Shown here: in pieces, positions 37,946 to 51,415 of the stretch
How the letters are laid out: the number at the start of each line of letters is the position of its first letter
How positions within the stretch are numbered: the stretch's first letter is position 1
Origin: Eledone cirrhosa
Taxonomy: Eukaryota
DNA: 64,000 bases
NCBI GenBank assembly: GCA_964016885.1
Contig: OZ024743.1
Location: forward strand, 200,756,001 to 200,820,000
Reading direction: 5' to 3'
Notes under the pieces: generated by a model
What the model was told of the DNA's origin: nothing
Databases searched by the model: none
The model's input: only the letters and a program-made list of their open reading frames with translations
Program-made: the position numbers and the translations under genes

Positions 37946-38706
37946 TCACACACACTCCACATTCCTGTACTTATGAATGAATCAACAGTAAAACCCATCT
38001 CAGACTGGTCTAATTGGCTTTCGGAATAAACAGCAAAGGTATGACAATATCCAAATAAATAGACAAATAAATACATGACTACAACCGCTACAACAACAAC
38101 AACTACAATAACATAAAATACAACAACTACAATAGCAGTAACATCAAATGAATCTTTACCAAATCCGAGTTTATCCGCCTACGTCTCCGTCAAACACTCA
38201 ACAAATACACTAAACACACCACGAAATATAGCATGTTTGTGTTACTGTGTGTGTGTGTGTGTGTGTTTGCGTGTGCGTGTGCGTTTGTGTGTGTGCGTGT
38301 GTGCGTGTTTCTGTTAATGTGAGTGTGTGTATTTTTTTAAAGTCTTTTTCTTTTAGTATGTTTTGACTAGATTCTGTCTGTGGCCATACTGGGGCACTAC
38401 ATTAAGGTGATATCAGTCGATTACGACGAACCATTCCAGCAGTACTTATAGCAAGCCTGGTGATTATTTTATCGATCTCGTTGTTGAACCGCTACGCCAG
38501 GCCAGTAGGTATAAACATAAACACAGCCACACACACACATATATATACAGTATATATATATATATATATATATATATACTTACGGTAAATATTGATGTAA
38601 TTAAATTCAAGCACTCAATATACTTTTTCCACATAGGAATGACGGAGTATATTTGGAATAAGAAAATGCGAAGTAGTTTCAGATGTTAAAGTCCTTTATT
38701 GATAAT

Positions 38707-38781
38707 GCTGTGATACATATTTCAATGACAACAGTAGCCGCACGATTCCGTGTACCAAGTGCCATGACCTCGTCAGACAGC
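38707..38781 (-). ncRNA. Type I hammerhead ribozyme with long stem II region
   Basis: gctgt CTGACGA ggtcatggca...tgtcatt GAAAT AT GTA tc acagc. Confidence 0.7.
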
Positions 38782-39948
38782 TTCTTATATAATAAGGTTA
38801 CGTTCCCGAGGCAATCCAGAGACGACAAGGGATCCGACAAAGAGTGTTTTTGAAGCCTATATTACTTCGAGCTAGCGTAAATACACACCAAGGATGTGCA
38901 TGTGTTGTTAAGTCGACACTGTTAGTAAATGCATGTATCAAAGAAAACGATACAGTAGAAGTTGTGTGTTGTGCTTTTCAGTAGTAGAAAATGAAAAGAA
39001 GTCAAAAGGATAGACAAAGTGTTTGCGGAAACAATAGAAGGAAACCTACTGTGTGTGTGTTAATCCCTAGCAAACGTGTTTTCTGTAGTAACCGTCAGTC
39101 CATCTCTCTAATTCACTGTTTGTCTGTCGAATGAGTAAGAAATGTATGAGAATAGTAGCTAGAAGCCTATATTCGTGAAGAGAATCCATAATTGTCAGTA
39201 GAACGGTTCTTCTGTAGTCTGTGTTAGCCACTATCTCTCGAAGCGCTTGTATTTATAAGAATACTAGAAGAACGTGTATGGGGTTTTTGAGATAATAGCC
39301 AGGCCATCTGCCTATCGTCTTTCAAGTGTCTTTGGTCATAGGCCAAGTGGTATACAACATATTTCATAGTTTAAAAAATTAATTATTTTTAATAATTATT
39401 TCTACTTTTGGCACAAGGCCAGCAATTATCCCAGTGCATTACTAGTACTTTATTTTATCGACCCCGTAAGGATGAAAGGCAAATTTAGCCTTGGCGGGAT
39501 TTGAACTCAGACCGAAAAGAGGCATAACTTTATACTGCAAAGCATGGCGTCCAACCCGCTACTGAGACTGCCAATCCACCGCCCTCAAGAAGGGAGAAAT
39601 AACGATTGGAACAAATAATCGTGTTAAAGCTGTAGGCCTTTTGTGTTGTATAGTTCGTTGATGTGAGGATAGGGGAGTGTGTGTGCGTAAATTAATGTTA
39701 GGATAAAAATAGAAATAATTTAAAAGATTAAAGGATGGAATTATAACTAGGATTAGTATATTTATTGGGAGCAAGTACGCGGTTATTGTTTACGAGATTT
39801 GTTGTTGGGTTAGTATAGGTTAGTTAATGGTTAGCGGTTAGCGATTTCGGATGTAAAATCCTTGTCGGAGTGTGAGTATAGGTGTTTCTAAGTGACCAGA
39901 TCACTCCAACGGTTGAGAGTTGGATTTCTCTTTTCATTGAAATGTGCA

Positions 39949-40006
<58 letters not shown>

Positions 40007-40117
40007 CGAAGGAATTGTGGTAAGGAACCAGATGGACCATAACGCACCAATACTTAGGGTAGTAGAGTGGGTAATAGGAAAAACGGCTTGAGCTTTGCCG
40101 TCGGGGTCATACTTTTT

Positions 40118-40181
<64 letters not shown>

Positions 40182-40418
40182 GTTATACTTGGGGAGGGTC
40201 ATATTTGTGTAATAATATTGCCAGAATTAATAACAGAACACACTCACTGTTTGGTTGGTTTTCGCTTCTGATTCGCAAAACTAATTCATCGCAGTTATAT
40301 ATATATATATATATATCTGTCGGCATCTACTTATGTATTGATTATACCTTATTTACTGTGCTTACCCCCCGATTCTATTCGGATCAACATATCACACACG
40401 AACAAATAAAATAAAATA

Positions 40419-41080
40419 AAAGTCCAAGATAGGTTCTATGCAATAAATCAGAGAGCCTACAATAAAGAATATATCCCTTACCACTTTTTGAAATCTTCTC
40501 TTTAAGGCTACATTGAATACTAACAACGTTACTGACCCCACCATGAATAGGTGGATACCAGTATATACATATATATATATGTACAGATAACTTTATAACT
40601 TGTTTTTATATGAAAAAACCCACAAACTCTCCATCTCAATTCTACTTTTGAAAATCACAATATATTTATTTGATTCCTTTACCGATTTCGCAGTTCTTGT
40701 GATTTTCGAAAGTAGAATTGAGATGGAGAGTTTGTGGTTTTTCTCATATATATATAACGGCTTGAGCTCAGCCGTCGGGATCCTACTCGTTCCTATTACC
40801 CACTCTACTACCCTAAGTATTGAGTACTTTGGTGCGTTATGGTCCACTTGGTTCCTTACCACATTTCCTTCGTTATATATATATATATATAAAACAAGTT
40901 ATAAAGTTATCTGTACATATATATATATATGTATATACTGGTATCCACCTATTCATGGAGTGGTCAGTAACGTTGTTAGTATTCAATGTAGCCTTAAAGA
41001 GAAGTTTTCAAAAAGTGGTAAGGGATATATTCTTTATTGTAGGCTTTCTGATTTATTGCATAGAACCTATATTGGACTTT
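40419..41080. mobile_element. Nested fold-back complex
   Basis: Outer arms 40419-40606/40890-41080; inner fold-back 40608-40750; family X end 40756-40875. Confidence 0.9.
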
Positions 41081-41082
41081 AT

Positions 41083-41116
<34 letters not shown>

Positions 41117-41589
41117 GCAGAGGTTATTTGGATGTTTTGGATGTTTAAATTTTGACTTACAACTTTTAATAAAATAAACTATACTATATATATATACTAT
41201 ATAAAATAAACTATACTATATATATATAACTATACTAGTTTTGCTCTAAAGTAAAATACTATATATTTATTTAAATAATTTATAATCCTTAACATTTAAA
41301 CTAATTATTAATATTAAATTATTAAATTAAATCTTTAATATTAAGGTAAATTTTAATCTTTAATTTTGATTTCTAATTTTTAATTTTAATTTAATTTTAA
41401 TCTAATTTTTCAACCTACCATTATAAGTATTATAATCAAAACGTAATGAATCCTGCATTATAAATATTATTCTTCCACGTTATTCTCATTTCTTCTCTCA
41501 TTTAGATATACTTACGCTGTCTATATTTATCTCTTCATGCACTCTATTTTCGCTATCAATATATATAATCGTTCTTTCTTTCCTCTTCT

Positions 41590-41738
41590 ATCTTTCTCCT
41601 TTCTTTTTTTCTTTTATTTTCTTTTTTCTTTTTTCTTTTTTCTTTTTTCTTTTTTCTTTTTTCTTTTTTCTTTTTTCTTTTTTCTTTTTTCTTTTTTCTT
41701 TTTTCTTTTTTCTTTTTTCTTTTTTCTTTTTTCTTTTT
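41590..41738. repeat. (T5-6C)n polypyrimidine repeat
   Basis: Direct reading. Confidence 0.95.
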
Positions 41739-41904
41739 TAAATAAACCGTTATCTTTTCAACCTTTCGGACACTCATTTGCATACTCACTCATAATTTTG
41801 TCTCACCCTCAATAAATGTACTATCTCCACTATCCAGGAAGCTCCAACCGTTAAGGTTGTCTTTTTTTCCGGGTATGTCAATATTTATTTATAAAACAAA
41901 TCTG

Positions 41905-41970
41905 TATTTTATCTGATGAAAGCGCACCATAATTTGCCTTGGTTGACCTTGAAATATGTATAATAAAATA
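41905..41970 (+). ncRNA. Hammerhead motif (same family as the arms of 34575-35120)
   Basis: tattttat CTGATGA aag...ctt GAAAT AT GTA ta ataaaata, followed by aaatatggttttataaatata shared with 34588-34620. Confidence 0.6.
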
Positions 41971-42044
41971 AATATGGTTTTATAAATATATTTTCCATTT
42001 ATTAATATATTGTATATATATATATATATATATATATGAAAATA

Positions 42045-42268
42045 TTCAGAGCCCCGACGGTTGAGCCCCGGCCAATTCAACAGCTAGATCCGAAATAAAG
42101 CGTCGGCATTCGAGCGGCGGGAATCTAGCCTAGATTTCCGCCGCTCGAATACCGACGCTTTAGCTCGGATCTAGCTGTTGAAATCGTTTTTTTCATATTA
42201 CCCATTCTCCTACCCCAAGTATCGAGTACTCTGGTGAGTAATGGTCTAACTGGTTTTTACCAACCTTT
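42045..42268. mobile_element. Family X element with GC-rich palindrome (copies 40005-40100, 40756-40875, 53000-53200, stub 12491-12508)
   Basis: ttcaacagctagatccga...aatctag-c-ctagattt...tcggatctagctgttgaa; shared tattaccca(c/t)tct.ctaccc.aagtat.gagtact.tggtg end. Confidence 0.75.
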
Positions 42269-42290
42269 AATCTGATACATACATACATAC

Positions 42291-42370
<80 letters not shown>

Positions 42371-42508
42371 GCACACATCTATGTATATATTTATCTACAC
42401 ATCTACCTTTCTTTTTATCTGTATACAAAAACGCACACATTCATATATGCTATTATATACAGACACAGTACGTATGCATATATATATATATATGTATGTA
42501 TATAAATA

Positions 42509-42567
<59 letters not shown>

Positions 42568-42659
42568 AAAAGGTAAACACAAATAACAACACAATTGTAT
42601 GTATATATATATATGTATGTATATTTATGTATATATATATATATATGTATATTTATGTA

Positions 42660-42699
<40 letters not shown>

Positions 42700-43431
42700 C
42701 ACATATATTTACATATACATATATACATACACATATATACGTGCACTGGCAAACACACTCCTTTTCTTATCTGGTGGTCGTTCTTTTCCTTTATTTGCTC
42801 TTAACCAAACAATTGAATAAAATAAAATAACGAAAACAACAACAACAAAACAAACTTAAATGAGACAAAATACCAAAAAAAAAACAAAAAAAAACAAACA
42901 AAAAAAAACAAAAAAAACAACAACAACGAGAACAAAAACAGTTCCCGAACCACAGCAAAGTCCTCCACCAGCAGAGCAGCCGAAGGAAGGCCTATAAGAG
43001 CAGACCCAACACCTGTCCAGTGAATCTGTGCAGTGTGTGCAAATGGCTTAGTAAGGAATGTTGAAGTTGACATTAAAGAAACGTTGGTGAGATTTACAAT
43101 GAATCCACACAGGTTTTGTTGCCATATAACACCCATCCCTGTATGCCTTCCACACCAACCATATACGGGACATACTTCATAAACGAGTGTGTTTTCTGTT
43201 TTATTCATTTATTTTTTTTCTTTTCAAATAGTTCAGAGTGATTTTAAGACGATTCCGTCTGTTAGCTTTGTCACTAAATACTCCGAGTACCTTCCCTACT
43301 CCCCATTGTAATCTGTCACTAAATACTCTGACAAATACTTTGTCACTAAATACTCGGAGTACCTTCCCTACTCCCCGTTGTAATCTTATTGACAACAATG
43401 AATGTTTTCAAATGTTATATAAAAAAGATGA

Positions 43432-43475
<44 letters not shown>

Positions 43476-43888
43476 AAAAAAGAAAGAAAGAAAGAAAAAA
43501 CCCACAAGATTAAAGACAGTTACATTAGCGACAATAACAACAGTAACAACAATGAACCCTCACGTAGTGCTGGCTGTTGTTGTTGTTTAGTTCTAGATCT
43601 GTCCTAATAGATCAAGTCTTTGATGAACGGTATTTAAACCAAGACAAACAAATCTTCAATTATATATATATATGATATTAACGGACGTGAGAATGAATAC
43701 TCAATACCGAAGTAAAGTTTAAATATATATCTGTATAAAAGAAATAGGATTTCGCTTCAAGCATAGCTTTATACAATATGTATAAATATTTCGTATCTCC
43801 AAAGAAATACGGTTTTAGGAAGCCGTAGCTATGCAAACACCGGGGGGCTAACGCCCTCTGGTGATGTCCAGCAGAAGCAAGGGGGACA

Positions 43889-43932
43889 ACCGTCTATGCA
43901 TTTCAAGCTTAACTGGCCTTCGCCAGGACGGT
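43889..43932 (-). ncRNA. Hammerhead motif with core variant CUGGCGA
   Basis: accgtc CTGGCGA aggccagttaagctt GAAAT GC ATA gacggt; 6-bp stem I; palindromic ATGCAT. Confidence 0.6.
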
Positions 43933-44089
43933 CCCTCCCACTGCTTGTGACTGATATATACATATCTGTATGTATCCAAGGGGAGGATTGTAAATGGCAA
44001 AGTATTTTATTACCTACATTTTGGCGTTTGAAACTCCAGCCAGCCCCCAAAAGTGGAATACTAAAGTGTTGTTCTGTGTTAGAAACTAG

Positions 44090-45099
44090 AATAATGGTTT
44101 CTGTTTAGACATAAGGCCAACAATTTCTGGGAGAGGGGAAATCGAGGAAATTGACCGCAGTGCGTTACTGGTACTTTATTTTATTGACCCTATAATGATG
44201 AAAGGCAAAGTTAACCTCGGCAGGATTTGAACTCAGAACGTAAAGAGAGGTAAATATGTCGCGAAGCATGGTGTCCGACGCTCTACTGATACTGCCAATC
44301 CACCGCCCTTTAGATACTAGAATAATTGATTCTACTTTTGGCACAAGGCCAGTAATTACCCAGTGCATTACTGGTACTTTATTTTATCGACCTCGTAAGG
44401 ATGAAGGCAAAGTTAACCTCGGCGGGATTTGAACTCAGAATGGCAAGGGCCGTAAATCTATGCGTCAAAGCATGGCGTCCGACCCTCTACCAATACTGCC
44501 AATCCACCAAAATAATGATGCTGAATCCTACTTTGACAGATAACCTACCTAGTTTAACACAAAGGGGCCAGTTTCCATTGTCTACAATTTGTGTGCGAGT
44601 GAGTGTATGGTGCTGGGTATTAGTAACAATCTCTAGTGTTTTATTCTCTGGTCCTTGTAGGTAACAACCTGTACATGTATTTCATACTCATATCCCATAT
44701 ACATATTATATATATCTAATATTTGTTTCTACTTTTGGAACAAGGCCAGCAATTACCCAGTGTATTACTGGTACTTTAATTTATCGACCCCGTAAGGATG
44801 AAAAGCAAAGTTAACCTCGACGGGATTTGAACTCAGACCGTAAAGGGACGTAACTATGCTAGAAAGCATGGCGTCCAACCCTACCGTTACTGCCATACTG
44901 CCATTATATAGTGAATTGGCAGTATCGGTAGAGGGTCGGACGCCATGCTTTGACGCATAGAGTTACGGCCCTTGCCATTCTGAGTTCAAATCCCGCCGAG
45001 GTTAACTTTGCCTTTCATCCTTACGGGGTCGATAAAATAAAGTACCAGTAATGTACTGGTAAATTTGCTGGCCTTGTGCCAATAGTAGAAACAATTATA
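44090..45099. mobile_element. Four SINE family A copies; last two head-to-head (44717-44897 -, 44913-45099 +)
   Basis: Family A boxes and central domain. Confidence 0.9.
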
Positions 45100-45217
45100 T
45101 ATATCTAATATTGATTGCTAAAATATTTCAGCATTTTACATCTGTCCTGTCCCTATTACTAAATTCGGGGGCATGCATTTCATATATGATCTGGGATAAT
45201 TTTCAGTTTTGGATATA

Positions 45218-45500
45218 CATTTTACATCTAGCATGGGCTTATTACCAGCATGAAGGGTCAGACGGAGGCTACATTTTACATCTAGCATGGGCTTATTACC
45301 AGCATGAAGGGTCAGACGGAGGCTACATTTTACATCTAGCATGGGCTTATTACCAGCATGAAAGGGCTGACGGGGTGCATTTCACATTTGATCTGGGGGT
45401 ATTTCTAGCTTTACATTTTATATCTGGCTTGAACCTATTACCAACAGATCAGACCTGAGCTTATTAACACCATAAAGGTCGTACATTTTACATCTGAGCT
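45218..45500. repeat. 54-bp minisatellite (near-identical units at 45218, 45272, 45326) with decayed flanking units
   Basis: cattttacatctagcatgggcttattaccagcatgaagggtcagacggaggcta. Confidence 0.85.
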
Positions 45501-46106
45501 GGGCGTTTAAACCTATTTCCACCATTCGAGGTCAAAGTTTCATACCTGATCCGAGCCAAATTCCAGCTTTCAAGGCCTTAATATTTCATATCAGCTTGTA
45601 CCTAATACCAGCATTTGAGTAAGTGTGTATGCGCTGTGGAGAGGGGGGGGGGGGCGGGCTGAAGTGGATAACTTTTATGGACCTGTTAATAGCTTTGGGG
45701 TCTGCTTTTCACATCTTGCCTGAGCCTACCAGCTTTAAATTGGCCTGATGTTGTTAGGTTACCTCCCTCACAACCTCATCTGCTGAGCATCTGTAAGTTA
45801 ACTGTGTTGTAAAGTCCATTGTATGTTCCGTGTCTAACCATAATAATTAATCCAGGAACAACAATAAAAGCTACAACCATAACAATAACAACAACAACAA
45901 TAACTAGAAGTAAACAACGACTCATAAAAGCAGCAACAATAATAACAACAGCAAAAACTATAACATTAGCGACAACTTCCCTTTATTGTTAAGCCAGACC
46001 CACGTCAAACACAATAAATCACAGCTGACTTCTATAAAGACCATACACACACACACACACACACACACATACACACACATACACACACACATATATATAT
46101 ATATAT

Positions 46107-46168
<62 letters not shown>

Positions 46169-46177
46169 ATGTATATT

Positions 46178-46280
<103 letters not shown>

Positions 46281-46342
46281 ATGTATATACATATATACAT
46301 ATATATATACATATGTGTGTGTGTGTGTATACACAGTTATAT

Positions 46343-46398
<56 letters not shown>

Positions 46399-48061
46399 GA
46401 GAGAGAGAAGAGAAAGGAGACATTCGCAGGTACATACATAGGCAGGCCTCATATCAGACAACACGTTCATACATGTTGAGCATAATTTCACTGAATATTG
46501 ATATTACTAGGCATGGCAGCCCCAACCTCCTCACTCCTAATTAGTATTGAGAATTTACTATCATTGCTGTTGTAACTGTAAGCCATCTACAGCAACAAAA
46601 GCAACAACAATCATATAGGAAATTAATTATGAATAGAACAATGCACAATTTATCCAAACACAAATACAGCTCAGATACTACAGACATGTGTTTAGAATAT
46701 CTAACAAAAGAACCGCTGGGTAGATTTGAAGGGCAAAATCAGTCAGTTAGAGACCCAGGGGTAGGCCCTGAGCAAGCTGGTTAGATAACATCCATGAGTT
46801 CGGCTAGTCTCGTTTGGGGATACAGTCAGATCAATTGGAGAGAGTTGCTTCTGAAAGGAATCGCTGGAATGATATGGTTGAGGGAATAAATGGGCGAAGA
46901 AGACATCGACATACGAGAACATTCGTATAGGGACTTCAATGCAACAAGAAGCTGTCCATTGAAACCATACACCAGCTTAACTTTCCAAAATGGTGAAGGG
47001 AGAATTAGCTGCTATTTCTAGCAGTTCAATCGACCATATAAAAACTCTGCCAGTGGCTCAATGGCCGCTGGTGGTGGTAAGATTTAAGAAATAACTACAA
47101 TAAATAACTAAGTAAATAAACAAATAGCGGATACTTTTGTGGATGGTTGTCTTTGATACCTTAAAGATCCTATTACCAGAACAAACAAGATTCCTTTTTT
47201 TTGTCCCTTTCCCACCCACTTAGTTTTTCATCTTTGGAAGCTAAAGCGGGGAGAACTGAGGGAGAAAGAGAAAGAGAGAGAGAGAGAGAAAGAGAGTTTA
47301 TGTGTGTGTACATGTGTGTGTATGTGTATGTGTGCATGTGTGTGAGTGTTTGTATATCTTGCCCTCACATTTACTTACATTCCCCTCTCCTCTTCACTTG
47401 CTAAATAGTCCAGTTAGGATTGTGTATGTATGAGGGCGGTGGATTGGCAGTATCGGTAGAGTGTCAGACAATATGCTTTGCAGCACAGAGTTACGGCCCT
47501 TTACGGCCTGAGTTCAAATCCCGCCGAGGTTATCTTTGCCTTTCATCCTTACGGGGTCGATAAAATAAAGTACCAGTAATGCACTGGGTAATTGCTGGCC
47601 TTGTGCCTAACGTAGAAACAATTATGTGTATATATATATATATATAAAGGAACGATCGACTTTCGTCAAATCGGACCGAGGGAACAATGTTTCCGTTGGT
47701 CTTTCCAATTGCTAATACTATCTATCGGTCGCAACTCCAGGTAGAAGGAGCAACGTGAAATAAAGTGTCTTGCTCAAGGACATAACGCATCGATCGGTCC
47801 GGGAATCGAACTCACAACCTCACGATTGCGAATCCGCTTAGCCACACGATGTGAAGACTAAAATCAGAAGAGGGCTCGATAAGGATAATATATATATCAA
47901 ATATATAAAAACCATAGAGCAAATATTTATTAAAATAACAGATTAAAGTTTAAGCAAAGAATCGCTGCATTCACCCTTAACGGGATCTTCTTAACGGGAG
48001 TTTCAGAATATCCCGTTAAGGGTGAAAGCAGTGATTCTTTGCTTAAACTTTAATCTGTTAG

Positions 48062-48105
<44 letters not shown>

Positions 48106-48653
48106 TTGTTTTGCAAGATTTGTTATCTGAAAACATGTTTTGAAACAGGTTATACTTTTCTGTTTGTGGTGGGGCGATCATGCTGCAATTAAAAGTACAC
48201 GCGCCTGTTGGTTTTCACTTCAATTTATTAAAAATTTCCAGTTGGTTAGTTTAGTAGCTCGATAGTTGTTTATTTGTTTATTTTCAATGCACTTTCGTCA
48301 CACATACTATGACTTCATCTATATTTAATTTGTTATTTTGTGACTCTCATTTGTTCTATCCTACAGCGAGATTGTGTACGACAAAACAAATATGGCCACA
48401 GAGTGTGTGACGAAAGAACTTTGACAATAACCAACCATCCGGAAATTTTACCATACAAAAGTTTTCAACACACCCAGAAACGAGTAAGAATGACAAGCAA
48501 CCATTTATTACCAATGACACGAATGCGCAAATAAGCATAGATATCGTTTATATTCTTAAACAGGCTATTGTATTCTTAATTTCCATTGTTTAAGTCTTCT
48601 GAAGTGAAGTTTGGTGATACATATTAAAACATTAAAAGTGGAAATATGATTAT

Positions 48654-48704
<51 letters not shown>

Positions 48705-50095
48705 CGGTGGCACCAATTGACATTTAAATAAATTTATTAGCAATGAGAAATTATCGTACACACGGTCTTTTCCAATTTTGCATTGCTTCACTGACTAAGC
48801 TTTCATAGGCCACCAACAATTACAATGACCCCTGGCATGCCCGAATCAGCATATCGTTTCCATTGTTAAACAGACTATTGTCTTCTGAGTTTCCATTGTT
48901 AAATTTTTATGAAATAAACGGTGTCATTATTATATTGGTCGCATATTTATGAAGGCTATAAGTCTCCATAATGTCTGAGTCGAGACATTTCTATTGGCAA
49001 TATGGTTATCATCAGACACAATGCAATCCAGATAAATAAGAGATGTTTTCAACAGTAGAATGTCACTTGGATCTTCGACAGCAGGATCGCAAGAATCATT
49101 GTTTATCCTCTCACTAGGCAATACGACAACACATCCGCAGTTTCTACTGCTATATGAACTAATGGCTTCACACTTTACGTCTATACACATTTGCTCACTT
49201 ACACACCCGCAATTTCCAGTTTCTACAAATTCATCTATTGGATTCTAAAGCCGATGGAGAAACCTGCTCGATTGAACAAGAGGCACCAGAGCAGAAATGA
49301 TGGAGGTTGGTAAGTGACTACTAATCATTGTTTCCCCCCTCTCACTCGAATCATCGACAACACACACACCCATCTTATCCGTTGGTCATTTTTGATTTGA
49401 TCTACTATTTCAACATTCCCTGTGTTACTATTCGAAGCAATCGTATTTTCGTTTTGTGAAGCTAAGTTTGGTGATATATATAAAATGTATAATTATTATA
49501 CTGGATCAAATTCATTAAATATTACGGGATTTAATTTTGATTTTTTAAACAATTTACTTTCTATAATTTAATATTCTCCGACGAAGACAACGTAATACTT
49601 TTCAATCATCTGAAACCCACGATCCAGATGTCGAAGGGCGAAGGAAACACAAGAAGAAAGACAGGACAGGCTACAATCTCAGAGACAACGAAATGCCATG
49701 GAGACATAAGAACAATGAGAAGCAAGACTTACGTCTCAAGTAACCAGGCAAATCCGCTAGGGAAAACACGAGACAACAACGCAGGTTGTCAGCCTCCATC
49801 TAGAAGAGGGCTATTTCTCACATGGACAATTGTATATAGGTTGTTTCAGAGTAGGAAGCCCCCCAGAAACTCTTCGTATATGCTCCAAGGAAAACAGGTA
49901 AGAACATAGTATATACTGAAGTTCTCTAAATGTTTGCGAATTTTCGTAGAATACATTTTCCTATTATTTTCTTTTCTTTTTTTTTTTCAACTTGCAAATT
50001 ATTTTATTTACGCACTTATCTACGGTAGATGTGTGTGTGTGTATATATATATATATATGATGTATATATATATATATAAGCAATCATAGGATGAA

Positions 50096-50190
<95 letters not shown>

Positions 50191-50320
50191 AATCTACCAA
50201 AATATACGGTAGTGTCCAATCCGTATGAAGAACTCAATGTAATCCAAATATCATGAAAAGAGAAGATGTATTCAAACATTTTTTTCGATGAAAATCACAG
50301 GAAAACAGAGTCAAGATAAA

Positions 50321-50633
50321 TTAATAAAGACACTGAATAAAAACAAAGAAACAGTTCCTTACATTAAAAAATTCATCATTTTACGATCGTGTCTAGGATA
50401 TATATGTGTGTGTTGGTATGTATGTCATATAGATCTATGTAAAAATTTTACAAAATATCAGAGGAAATATACATACCTACACATATATATGCAGTCTTCA
50501 GAAATATTTCTGAAGACAGCATATATATGATATACATACCAACACACACATATATATCCTAGAAACGATCGTAAAATGATGAATTTTTTAATATAAGGAA
50601 CTGTTTCTTTGTTTTTATTCATTGTCTTTATTA

Positions 50634-50635
<2 letters not shown>
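50321..50635. mobile_element. Fold-back element with hammerhead motif (50506-50577 +)
   Basis: Arms 50321-50430/50525-50635; attt CTGAAGA ... GAAAC GATC GTA aaat. Confidence 0.75.
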
Positions 50636-50665
<30 letters not shown>

Positions 50666-51134
50666 ATATATATATATATATGCAATAAGCAATCATAGAA
50701 TGAACTCTATAGATAATGAACACAACCACAAGGATATGGTCCGAACGTGTAAGAGCCGAACTCTCACTGTCATCGCCTCCATCTCTCCCGCCCTGCCCAT
50801 CTCTTTGTATGGTGAGCAAATGGGACCCCACGCGCTGGTCTTCCCACAGCTCAGGCGGACAGAATGGAGAAGGCGTTTCCCCGGAGGATGGTAAGGGAGA
50901 TGCGCTGGAAGAGCCATTCTATCTCGCGAGGCTCACACCTGCGGCTGGCCAGCTTAGCGCCTAATGGTGGCGAGTAGGGAGGTCGCTCTATGACCAAGGA
51001 CACCTAAATTCTGTATTCAGATATTTAAAAAAATGTTAAAGGAAGTTTGTTAGTTTGTTTGTTGACCGCTAATAACACTAAATCTAGAATGCAATTAGCC
51101 AGAGAAATTCAGCATGTTGTACTGTGAAATGTGT

Positions 51135-51415
51135 GGAGGCACGTGGCCTAGTGGTAAGCGTGTTGGATTTACGATCATAATGCCGTGGGCTCGATTCTTG
51201 GGTTGCGTGTTGTATTCTTGAGCAAAACACTTCATTTCACGTTGCTCCAGTATACACAGCTGAAAATGAGTACCAGCAATAGCTGAAGGTTTAACCCTGC
51301 GATGGACTGGCATCCTGACCAGGAGGAAGTCTTGTACTCTCAGTCGCTTCACGCCATGAAACCGGGATAAGCACCGGCCAAATGAGCCTTCTGGCTTAAG
51401 ACAAACTTTTTTTTT
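51135..51415 (+). mobile_element. Full-length SINE B variant with V-domain-like segment
   Basis: A box GTGGCCTAGTGGTAA, B box GCTCGATTC, CORE-like CTTGAGCAAAACACTT, CCCTGCGATGGACTGGCATCCTGACCAGG. Confidence 0.7.

Noticed and set aside
40600-41148. 182-aa hydrophobic ORF
   Set aside because: Runs across nested fold-back repeats and TA tracts
42920-43190. Complex sequence resembling an exon
   Set aside because: Stops in all plus frames, no recognisable motif, no convincing splice pair
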